Source: Candidatus Borrarchaeum weybense
GTDB lineage: Archaea; Asgardarchaeota; Sifarchaeia; Borrarchaeales; Borrarchaeaceae
Direction of reading: 5' to 3'
NCBI GenBank assembly: GCA_019057385.1
Contig: JAHQJS010000001.1
Location: 74,871 to 90,645, forward strand
DNA length: 15,775 nucleotides
The notes under the pieces are model-generated. The model was not told the origin of the DNA and did not search any database. It saw nothing but the letters and a program-made list of their open reading frames with translations. The position numbers were made by a program, and so were the translations under genes. Positions 8,050-15,336 of this stretch are shown here, one piece after another. How positions within the stretch are numbered: the stretch's first letter is position 1; the number at the start of each line of letters is the position of its first letter.

Positions 8050-8454
8050 TCAATCAGCCTTAGCTTGAGTATTCTCAGTCGCTTTTTCACTGAGGATTTC
8101 ATCAACTTTTACTCCACTGGCAGCTAAAAAATTCATCAGTAGTAGTTTCCACTTTCCGCCAAGAATTTCGTCGGCGTCTATTTCCACTACTTCTACCTTC
8201 TCAAACGATCCTATAAACTGAGTCTTTCCTGTATCCAAACACAGAACTGAAGTTTTGTTTTCTGGTACTTGAACCTTAAGAATCTTTGGCTCTTCCTTTC
8301 CAACAACATCTGGATGTTGTTTCATCCTAGTAGAAAGGCCATCCACATCTATCTTCATAAAGATAAAACTGCTCTCTGGTATTTTGAAAGTGCTTCTAAT
8401 CTCAAGGTCTTTCAAAATCTTTTGTTCTCTCTTTTGCAAACGAATTTTAAGCAT
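8050..8454 (-). CDS. Hypothetical protein (134 aa)
   Basis: GGAG SD upstream and tightly packed with the upstream gene. No family recognised. Confidence 0.75.
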   Translation of the reverse strand: MLKIRLQKREQKILKDLEIRSTFKIPESSFIFMKIDVDGLSTRMKQHPDVVGKEEPKILKVQVPENKTSVLCLDTGKTQFIGSFEKVEVVEIDADEILGGKWKLLLMNFLAASGVKVDEILSEKATENTQAKAD

Positions 8455-8457
8455 CTC

Positions 8458-8700
8458 TTACTCTCCTCTTATGCTCCCTTTCTGAGCGATTAGGTCACTA
8501 GTAATGCATGTTGGTGTAGTAAACAATGGAATATATGGGCAATAAATAAAGCCTGCTTTCATAAAATCTACTTTGGTATATCCTGCAATAGTCCGATATT
8601 TTTCTTCCTTTGGCTTCTCTTCACTGAATCCAATTCTTGGAAGTAGGGCTATGGCTATCGCACTTCCTATAGCTTTCTTCAAAAAGATTCTTCTATTCAT
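8458..8700 (-). CDS. 80-aa protein: twin-arginine-like signal plus a T4 gp23 (major capsid) C-terminal-like motif
   Basis: N-terminus MNRRIFLKKAIGSAIAIALLP (NRRxFLK followed by a hydrophobic region). C-terminus AGYTKVDFMKAGFIYCPYIPL resembles the gp23-family motif GYKG....DAG.FY.PYVPL. Confidence 0.75.
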   Translation of the reverse strand: MNRRIFLKKAIGSAIAIALLPRIGFSEEKPKEEKYRTIAGYTKVDFMKAGFIYCPYIPLFTTPTCITSDLIAQKGSIRGE

Positions 8701-8707
8701 GCATCTC

Positions 8708-9343
8708 TTACTTCTCCTCCTCCGGAATTTCTAGGATAGCCAGATAGTTCACGATACCTACACCCAGACCAGCATCTTTAAATACCAAACGATATTCTCC
8801 ATTCTGTTTGATATAACCTGATACTCCCTGACCTGTCGTTGGTTTAACTTGACCATCTGGAGTTCCTCTTCCAAGCTCTATTCCACTGGCAGTTGAAATG
8901 GTTAACATTTCTCGATGGACTATCTTAAAGTTCGGAGGCATTGCAAGTGTGCCTTGACTCGCTCCAGCATCAGAATCAACCAGAACTTTTCCTGACATGC
9001 TCTCCGGCCTTGCTTGAGGCTTCGCCGCCATCTTAGCTTGGATATTCTTAGGTATTGATACCGGTTCAGATTCATTTGTAACCGGCTTAGCTTCATTTGT
9101 AACTTGCTGAACTTGTGGTTTTGGTACTTGAGCCGGTTGCTGTGGTGTACTTGAAGTTAATCCAACCATCTCTTCATATGCCTCAAGCACCTCTGTAGCT
9201 TCTTCAATAGATGCAGTATCAGTAATCTCAGGCCAGCCGTTACATAAATCTTCACAAACATCTTTTAGTGTTTGGTAAAGAAACTTTTCCCATCCACCAG
9301 CCGCCTTCACTAACTTGTCAAATAGCTTATTTCTCTTACTCAT
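8708..9343 (-). CDS. Hypothetical two-domain protein with a P/Q-rich linker (211 aa)
   Basis: GGGAG SD. Helical N-domain, PQQPAQVPKPQVQQVTNEAKPVTNE linker and beta-rich C-domain. Confidence 0.8.
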   Translation of the reverse strand: MSKRNKLFDKLVKAAGGWEKFLYQTLKDVCEDLCNGWPEITDTASIEEATEVLEAYEEMVGLTSSTPQQPAQVPKPQVQQVTNEAKPVTNESEPVSIPKNIQAKMAAKPQARPESMSGKVLVDSDAGASQGTLAMPPNFKIVHREMLTISTASGIELGRGTPDGQVKPTTGQGVSGYIKQNGEYRLVFKDAGLGVGIVNYLAILEIPEEEK

Positions 9344-9371
9344 CTTTCTCTCCCGTGTTTCCTTTCTCTAT

Positions 9372-11387
9372 TTAACCTACGGGTTTATAATGTTTACTTT
9401 TGTAAATCGGTCTGTTATCCCATTCCTCTTGAGATTCAGTTCCGGTATATCTATTCCCTTCCTCATCTTCTTTTATGAAGTATTCATCGTCCACATCCCA
9501 ATATGTTTTTCCACCATCATCAGAAAAACATGATGGGCTTCTCTTCGACTGCCATCGCATACCTTTAACATCTTTTGGTTGATGATTAACTCCATTTTCA
9601 TCCTTCTCTGTTAAATCTTGCCACTCGTCAGGATTATCAGTAAGTTCGGTCAAAGGCTTCCAGTCGGCTAACTTGCTAAATAAATCAGTTGTCCATGCAG
9701 CACTAAAACCTGAATGTCCTTGCCCAGCGAATGCTTGGATTAATTCCATAACAGCTTCGCCAAGAGCTCCTTCATAATCGCTATCCTTATCAAATAACCC
9801 AGCAAGCTCTAACTCATATTTAGCATGGTCAACTAAACCCTCACTAACAGTATATCCAGTCTTATGATGATATTTCATAAGGCCAGATACCACTAAAGAT
9901 CTCAAAACTTCTTCTTCAGGGATACTCAAATTTCTTGAAATCTTTCTAACTGCTTCTTTAGAATCTACATCCTGGCCGATAAGTGTTTTGAACTCTGCAG
10001 CTATCTCTTCATCGTGGGCGGGTGTAATATCTTCATTCTTAGTTGATATATGATGTAGCAATTGCTCTGCATCTTGCCTGCTAAGAGGCTTGGATAATAT
10101 CTCTCCTGTATTCCTATCTACCAAATCCCAGTAGCCATCTCTAACAGGATGTAGTTCAATATCTTCAACCGGTGGGTATATTTTCTTCTGAGGAGTTTCA
10201 TCCGGCTGCTCATCCCATTCATCTTCATCATCATTCCACTCTTCCTCAGGCTCTTCATACATCTCTACCTCAGGCTTAAGCCCTACACCATATCGCTCAA
10301 TCTCTGCTTTAACCATAGTTCTGATTTCATCATTCCATTCAACATACCATGGTGCAGTACTTGCAACATAATCTAATACCGAGTCAACATCAGCTTGTTC
10401 CTCTGGTATCTCTTGGAGATAGGCCTCAATTTGATCTGTTACCCAATCAGGTACTCTTTCTTCTCTTGCCTCTTCAACAACTCCTTCTACTTTCCAGCCG
10501 GCCGCTTTTGCATCAGCTATTGAATCAAACATCGAAACAGCACCAGCAGCATGTGGACCTTTATCATATATGTAAAGCCTTCCGCCTTTGCCTAAGTAAA
10601 GCTCCCAGTCTTCTGAACCTACCCTGGATAAGATAACCTTCTTAAGGCCATCTTCATTTATAGCTTCCCAAGGTTTTCGCTCTTTAGATTTTCCAACTTT
10701 AAGATAGCTTGTCAAATCTTGAGCAGAAGAAATATGAGATCTGGTTTTATCATAAACTCCAGTAGAAGTATAAACAGTACTAATTGGATAGTTTTTGAAA
10801 AGGTACTTAACCGATGCTACTTGTTGAGGTGTTAACTTCCTCTTGCTTCTTAAACCAAGATCCTCATCTTCAGCATCAACATAACCTGCAATGGCTCCAG
10901 CCATCATCAACTCATCATATGAAGTCTTCGCCAACTTAGCTGCTTCAGCATGCGAAAAGGTAACTGGTACGATTGTTCCATCGGTAAGAAGCCAAAACTT
11001 TCTCCAGTCTGCTTCCATTGGATCTTCTTTACCAAAAGTAGTAACCGTCAAACGTCCGTTCAGGATATCCTTAAACCTAACCCTCAACATGTTTTCCGGA
11101 TTTGCTACTTTAGTAGTTGCTCCAGCTTCTTCTATCTCAATCACCGGCTCTACTGTAAATCCATCTCGAGAGCAAAGGAATTCATTCTTCTTAGCCTGGA
11201 GCTTCATTACCATTTTACGGAAAGCCTCGGAATTCTCTTTGCACATATCATCCGCAGTATCAATATCATCGAGTATTCCATAGAGAGCCTTAGCGATGTA
11301 TTCCCAGCTCTTTCCTTCAAAGAGGAACTGAAGCCTACGCTCTATCACTTCTCTATCTCTTATGTTTTCGAAAATACTCTCAATCAT
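9372..11387 (-). CDS. 671-aa acidic multi-domain protein (LDDIDTA domain ... C-terminal GHSGFSA/Tad3-like domain); probable polyprotein
   Basis: Long ORF overlapping the stop of the upstream gene. About 7 compositionally distinct segments are separated by LFE, IEE, INE, VEE, KNE and VSE linkers. The C-terminus reads HAKYELELAG...AVMELIQAFAGQGHSGFSA...KPLTELTDNPDEW...WQSKRSPSCF. Confidence 0.88.
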   Translation of the reverse strand: MIESIFENIRDREVIERRLQFLFEGKSWEYIAKALYGILDDIDTADDMCKENSEAFRKMVMKLQAKKNEFLCSRDGFTVEPVIEIEEAGATTKVANPENMLRVRFKDILNGRLTVTTFGKEDPMEADWRKFWLLTDGTIVPVTFSHAEAAKLAKTSYDELMMAGAIAGYVDAEDEDLGLRSKRKLTPQQVASVKYLFKNYPISTVYTSTGVYDKTRSHISSAQDLTSYLKVGKSKERKPWEAINEDGLKKVILSRVGSEDWELYLGKGGRLYIYDKGPHAAGAVSMFDSIADAKAAGWKVEGVVEEAREERVPDWVTDQIEAYLQEIPEEQADVDSVLDYVASTAPWYVEWNDEIRTMVKAEIERYGVGLKPEVEMYEEPEEEWNDDEDEWDEQPDETPQKKIYPPVEDIELHPVRDGYWDLVDRNTGEILSKPLSRQDAEQLLHHISTKNEDITPAHDEEIAAEFKTLIGQDVDSKEAVRKISRNLSIPEEEVLRSLVVSGLMKYHHKTGYTVSEGLVDHAKYELELAGLFDKDSDYEGALGEAVMELIQAFAGQGHSGFSAAWTTDLFSKLADWKPLTELTDNPDEWQDLTEKDENGVNHQPKDVKGMRWQSKRSPSCFSDDGGKTYWDVDDEYFIKEDEEGNRYTGTESQEEWDNRPIYKSKHYKPVG
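10252..10275. repeat. Copy 2 of the exact 24-bp dispersed direct repeat encoding PEVEMYEE
   Basis: Identical to 2617-2640. Confidence 0.9.
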
Positions 11388-11785
11388 TCTTGAGCCCTAT
11401 AGTGTAAAGATCGAAGCAGCCAACATCTTTCATCTGAAACACAAAACCATCCGGAACATATTTGAAATTACCAAAACCTGCCATAGCAATAGGTTCTATC
11501 GGTTGCCAGGAAAAGATATCAAACACTACAACCGTTCCCTCATCGAAAACATCATCTGTTCCTATCACAGGATAACTATAATCCCTAACCTCATGAACTA
11601 CAAAGTAGCCTTGAATAAAACCATCCTCAATAACAAATACTTTACTTCCTTGTTTAACTGGAGGAGCTTTTCCAAAAGGATATGTTCTGCTATTCAATCA
11701 ATCCTTGTGATTCAAGAGATTCAGCAGCTTTCAAAGCCTCTTCTTTTATTTTGCTTTTGGCAACTGTAACTATTATGTCCGCCAT
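11380..11785 (-). pseudogene. Phage hypothetical gene split by a frameshift (4-bp duplication at 11695-11702)
   Basis: The ATG at 11785 opens MADIIVTVAKSKIKEEALKAAESLESQGL, then IE and a TAG at 11692-11690. The 105-aa ORF continues in the +1 frame (NSRTYPFGKAPP...PIAMAGFGNFKY). Removing one CAAT of caatcaat fuses them into one ORF of about 133 aa. Confidence 0.65.
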
Positions 11786-11931
11786 CGTTTCACAGAACTT
11801 TTCAATTGAGGTAGCAAATTAATATCATGCTCTTTCATCGCATCCAATACTGCTGCAGGACAACTCACTTGCCGATTTGGACATCCAAAAACATTCCTAA
11901 GTTTGCAAAAACAAACTCTCTTCCTGTCCAT
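11773..11931 (-). CDS. 52-aa Cys-rich hypothetical protein (not in the ORF track)
   Basis: Manual translation MDRKRVCFCKLRNVFGCPNRQVSCPAAVLDAMKEHDINLLPQLKSSVKRWRT*. It fills the gap between neighbouring genes. Confidence 0.5.
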   Translation of the reverse strand: MDRKRVCFCKLRNVFGCPNRQVSCPAAVLDAMKEHDINLLPQLKSSVKRWRT

Positions 11932-11936
11932 CCTCT

Positions 11937-12053
11937 TCACTTCTTAACAGCCATGATATTAGGTTGATGTTCCAAAGTGCCCATCTCGTGAGCACATCCT
12001 GCACAAAAACCAATCAGAAGGATTAGAATTACCAATAATCTTAACCCTTTCAT
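11937..12053 (-). CDS. 38-aa small lipoprotein (not in the ORF track)
   Basis: MKGLRLLVILILLIGFCAGCAHEMGTLEHQPNIMAVKK*: basic N-terminus, hydrophobic core and lipobox-like CAGC. AGGAG SD upstream. Confidence 0.7.
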   Translation of the reverse strand: MKGLRLLVILILLIGFCAGCAHEMGTLEHQPNIMAVKK

Positions 12054-12061
12054 TTTCTCTC

Positions 12062-12826
12062 CTATACCAGCATGTTCTTCTTAATTGTAGAAACAGCTAG
12101 CTTAGTATCCGAATCTTGCTTGCCGGCTAGTGAAGACTTCATCTCAATAAGGAACGCTTCCTTAACTGCTTCAACAAGCTGCTTTTCCCTCTCAGATAGT
12201 TCAGTAGTAGCCACTCCAATAGTAGCAGCGATAGCTTTCTCTACCTCAGGCAATGGTTTCTTATTCTTAAGCCCGTTGAAGATATCTTGAATTCCCATAA
12301 CCACTTGAGTTATATGCTTGTCTTTAGCGGTTAACTCAGCAGTAGATTTGCCCTGAATATCAGCAACTGCCTGTTCCATAATTGTCTTGGAAATCTCGCC
12401 AGGCTTACTTATCATCAAGCCGGTAAGTCCGGATACACCTATTCCCGCTAATCCAAGTGCTACAGAAACAATTCCTTTAGGACCAAACCATGCCGCAGCG
12501 CGAGCTTTATCTTGCTCAAAAGCATCTGCTACGATCTTCTTAAACTTGGTATAGTCTTCTCTGTCTCTTGCCTTCTTAAGGTCTAGTTGAAATTGAATCT
12601 CTCGAGTTGCCATATCTAAATATTCATTCAGCAACTGCTGCTTAGCAACGTTCCAATAACCTTCAAGTGCGTTAGGATCACATACACCTGATTTGAGAAC
12701 ATACTCTACAGCTTTCTCATTTCGCCTACTACCAGGCATTATATGCCATGCTAAAGGACCAGATACACATCCGGCTACCATCAGAAATATACCAAGAATA
12801 AACCCTGCAATTTTTGTCCTACTCAT
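12062..12826 (-). CDS. Lipoprotein with an additional internal TM segment (254 aa)
   Basis: Signal peptide and lipobox MSRTKIAGFILGIFLMVAGC; a central Gly-rich hydrophobic stretch GIVSVALGLAGIGVSGLTGLMI; helical remainder. Confidence 0.8.
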   Translation of the reverse strand: MSRTKIAGFILGIFLMVAGCVSGPLAWHIMPGSRRNEKAVEYVLKSGVCDPNALEGYWNVAKQQLLNEYLDMATREIQFQLDLKKARDREDYTKFKKIVADAFEQDKARAAAWFGPKGIVSVALGLAGIGVSGLTGLMISKPGEISKTIMEQAVADIQGKSTAELTAKDKHITQVVMGIQDIFNGLKNKKPLPEVEKAIAATIGVATTELSEREKQLVEAVKEAFLIEMKSSLAGKQDSDTKLAVSTIKKNMLV

Positions 12827-12855
12827 CTTACTTTCCCTTTCTAATATGTTATCTT

Positions 12856-13611
12856 TTATTTACGGCTTACCTTTTTCTTATAACTAAATCCAGATACTCC
12901 TGCTCCTTGCCGGATATCAATCCTGTCGGATTCCGCAGAAAGTGATGCTCGGTACACCTCCATGACATCTTCAATCTTCTTGAAGAATCCCAGGCTGCCT
13001 CCTGTGGGCATTCCCGCTAACATTATCCCAACAAGTTCTCCATCTGAATTATAAGCAGGTCCACCGCTGCAGCCTCCCGCACCATAGCTATCTACTTGCA
13101 CTAAATCTACATTCTCAAAAATATCTCTACCAGGATGTGATACAATTCCCTTGGCCAGTGTAAATTTGAATTGCAGATTAAACGGAGTACCTATTGAATA
13201 TACATCCTCGCCCAACTTCGGACAACGACCCGGATGGGCTATGGCCATCTCTTCAATATCTACAGTTATAATAGCAACATCTGTTGCTTCATCAATATAA
13301 ACACTTGTGGATTCCCGGATAGTGCCATCACGTAGTTCAACCTTAGCCTTATCCTGATTGATCATAGTGAATATATGAGCGGCCGTAGCTACTTTATTGT
13401 CCGCTATAAATACTCCAGCTCCGCCTCCTGTTCTTCCGTTTGGTAATGTTACATGTATTGTTGCAGAGGCAGCTACCATGTTATCATATATGCTTCTGGG
13501 ATTATGACTTTCTTTCAATTCAGACCGGACGGTTGATACGCTTAATGCTATAATGTCTCCGATACATGCCAAAATTATAGCAACAAATACAAATGTTTTA
13601 ACTCGTTTCAT
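12856..13611 (-). CDS. Trypsin-like (S1, HtrA/Trypsin_2-type, no PDZ) serine protease with N-terminal signal or TM anchor
   Basis: Catalytic triad motifs TAAHI, DVAII and GCSGGP, plus IGTPF and KGIVS. Hydrophobic N-terminus. AAGGGAG SD upstream. Confidence 0.9.
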   Translation of the reverse strand: MKRVKTFVFVAIILACIGDIIALSVSTVRSELKESHNPRSIYDNMVAASATIHVTLPNGRTGGGAGVFIADNKVATAAHIFTMINQDKAKVELRDGTIRESTSVYIDEATDVAIITVDIEEMAIAHPGRCPKLGEDVYSIGTPFNLQFKFTLAKGIVSHPGRDIFENVDLVQVDSYGAGGCSGGPAYNSDGELVGIMLAGMPTGGSLGFFKKIEDVMEVYRASLSAESDRIDIRQGAGVSGFSYKKKVSRK

Positions 13612-13691
13612 CTTTACTCCCTTTCGCTAAAATTAAAAATGACTCATTATGATGTTTCCGACGAGCTTTTACGCTTGATTATCTGATTAGT

Positions 13692-15326
13692 TTATATCAT
13701 AACTTTCCTTATTGCCATACTCAGCGTAGACCAGACACTTCCACTTTGAACACGATATTCAAACTCTAAATTCGGATCAAGTTCTACTTCTCTTTCATAA
13801 GCCTGTGTCATGCCAGCAATTACTGAGGTATAAATTCTTCCTGTGTTGACATAATTAACATTACCTTTTTTCCTAAGAAGGATCAATCTCATTGCATCAT
13901 TAACTGTGGCTATTATAACTACCCCAATACGTTTTGTATCGGCTGGGACTTTACCTGCACAAGAAAAAGTATGCCAATCATTATCTTTAATAAAATCATT
14001 TACCAACCAGTCATAATTAGCTGGGTCTCCCGCATCTACTGTGCTTCCACCAGAGCCTCCACCACTGGGGTAATCGTGAGTATGTAAAGCTGTTATTGAA
14101 CCATCGGTTAGCTCTTCCAATTCAGCTGCTGTAACGCCACTCTCTATTGCAGAAACTACTCTATTATTAATTGCAAGAATACCGTCTGGGGTATTGGGTG
14201 GAAGTATGATGATAGATCCATTCTGATCCGGCAACTCTGCCGTCCTTACATTACCTGGTGTAATTTTAGATAAATCAAGTTTCGCTCGCTTGGATGGATC
14301 TTTACCATCAAATAATTCCAGACCATCTATATCCGGCGTGGTTAGAGGAATCATGCTATCTATCGCAGCTTCTACTTCCTGGAAAGGATTATGAACAGTT
14401 ATTGTAGTAGAACCAGCAAACAATAATCCTACTGCCCTTTGACCATTCTTCTCTACAAGCAAACTACCACTATCTCCACCTTGGGACATTAAGGTAGTAA
14501 TTATCTGGTTCTCAAATCTCGCTGTGCCTCCTGGGTAACCTCCAACATCCACCGTGGCATTTATCTGGATAACTTCACCTTCAAGGTATTGAGTCGTTCG
14601 ACCATACTTACGGACGAGCATACCTAAGCTTGCTTCTACTGAACCAGATACTATTCCTATATCCAATATCTCATTTGGTATTACAACATCTGGATTCACT
14701 GGCTTAGCTAAGGCACAGTCTACTTTGTTTAACGCTCCTGGGGTGTAATCTATCGGAACGAAGTTCTCTAAATGAGCAATTGTATCTGCTAGAAGTCCAC
14801 CGTCATAAACACCTGGCTGATAAATTGGGTCGCCAATGCTGGCATTGTTGCCATTAGCTAAGACATGATTATTACTGAGAATATAAACTTCATCTGCTTT
14901 CGGTTGAGCATCAGAAGGCCATCCTATTCTTAAACCATTTACTTGAAAGAATGACTCACCGTCCTTAATAGCTGAGCCTTGAGACCTTGCTATCGTAACA
15001 CCAAGAGTACCAGCGGTGGTACTTGGATGTCCTATACTAACTCCACCTGGAGCAGGGCGGAACTTTCCAGTTGGAATATGATGTACTAATAAATCATTTG
15101 CTTCAAAAACATCTGTTGAAACACCATCAATAGTAGCAGGAACAACATCCTCAGGTGCAAGAGTTCCCGCATCTACTTTCTGAGAAACATTTATTACTAC
15201 TGAAATCTCAGTAGTTTTCACCCCACCAACAAATTTAAAACCTGTTGATACACCAACAACATTCGCCTTACCCATTAATTCTTCTGTGTGATTGTCTTGA
15301 ATCTGTATAATCTCTTCAACAGTCAT
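13692..15326 (-). CDS. Nal1-type trypsin-like serine protease fused to tail-fibre-like C-terminal modules (544 aa)
   Basis: Likely start is the ATG at 15326 after AAGGA. Pro-domain NVVGVSTG.K...V..K...VP..IDGV.TDV, then RPAPGGVSIGH, GTLG, ILSNNHVLA (His), VDCALA (Asp), KYGRTT, GGDSGS (Ser), GLLFAG. This is followed by DPSKRAKLDLS.IT.G..RT..LPD..G, an LHTH motif, a Gly linker and a final beta domain. Confidence 0.88.
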   Translation of the reverse strand: MTVEEIIQIQDNHTEELMGKANVVGVSTGFKFVGGVKTTEISVVINVSQKVDAGTLAPEDVVPATIDGVSTDVFEANDLLVHHIPTGKFRPAPGGVSIGHPSTTAGTLGVTIARSQGSAIKDGESFFQVNGLRIGWPSDAQPKADEVYILSNNHVLANGNNASIGDPIYQPGVYDGGLLADTIAHLENFVPIDYTPGALNKVDCALAKPVNPDVVIPNEILDIGIVSGSVEASLGMLVRKYGRTTQYLEGEVIQINATVDVGGYPGGTARFENQIITTLMSQGGDSGSLLVEKNGQRAVGLLFAGSTTITVHNPFQEVEAAIDSMIPLTTPDIDGLELFDGKDPSKRAKLDLSKITPGNVRTAELPDQNGSIIILPPNTPDGILAINNRVVSAIESGVTAAELEELTDGSITALHTHDYPSGGGSGGSTVDAGDPANYDWLVNDFIKDNDWHTFSCAGKVPADTKRIGVVIIATVNDAMRLILLRKKGNVNYVNTGRIYTSVIAGMTQAYEREVELDPNLEFEYRVQSGSVWSTLSMAIRKVMI

Positions 15327-15336
15327 ATGTTTTTCC

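Noticed and set aside
11690-11692. Stop-codon reassignment (TAG read-through) as the explanation for the split gene
   Set aside because: Reading through the TAG hits a TAA soon after and does not join the downstream frame. TAG, TGA and TAA all end well-packed genes elsewhere in the window, so the standard code fits.
102-12887. All plus-strand ORFs in the track (for example 102..533, 133..546, 666..1298, 10950..11393, 11362..11769)
   Set aside because: They are antisense shadows of Glu/Lys-rich minus-strand genes, which explains their Phe/Leu/Ser-rich composition. They have no motifs and overlap well-supported genes.
13612-13691. Sigma70-type promoter in the largest intergenic gap (CATAAT on the minus strand)
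   Set aside because: There is no convincing -35 at correct spacing, so it cannot be supported from sequence alone.
12856-15326. Idea that the two trypsin-like proteases cut the xxE linkers
   Set aside because: Neither shows the His at the 213-equivalent position typical of Glu-specific S1 proteases (here VGIML and VGLLF), and one is exported or anchored. A prohead protease encoded elsewhere is the more plausible enzyme. Not formally excluded.
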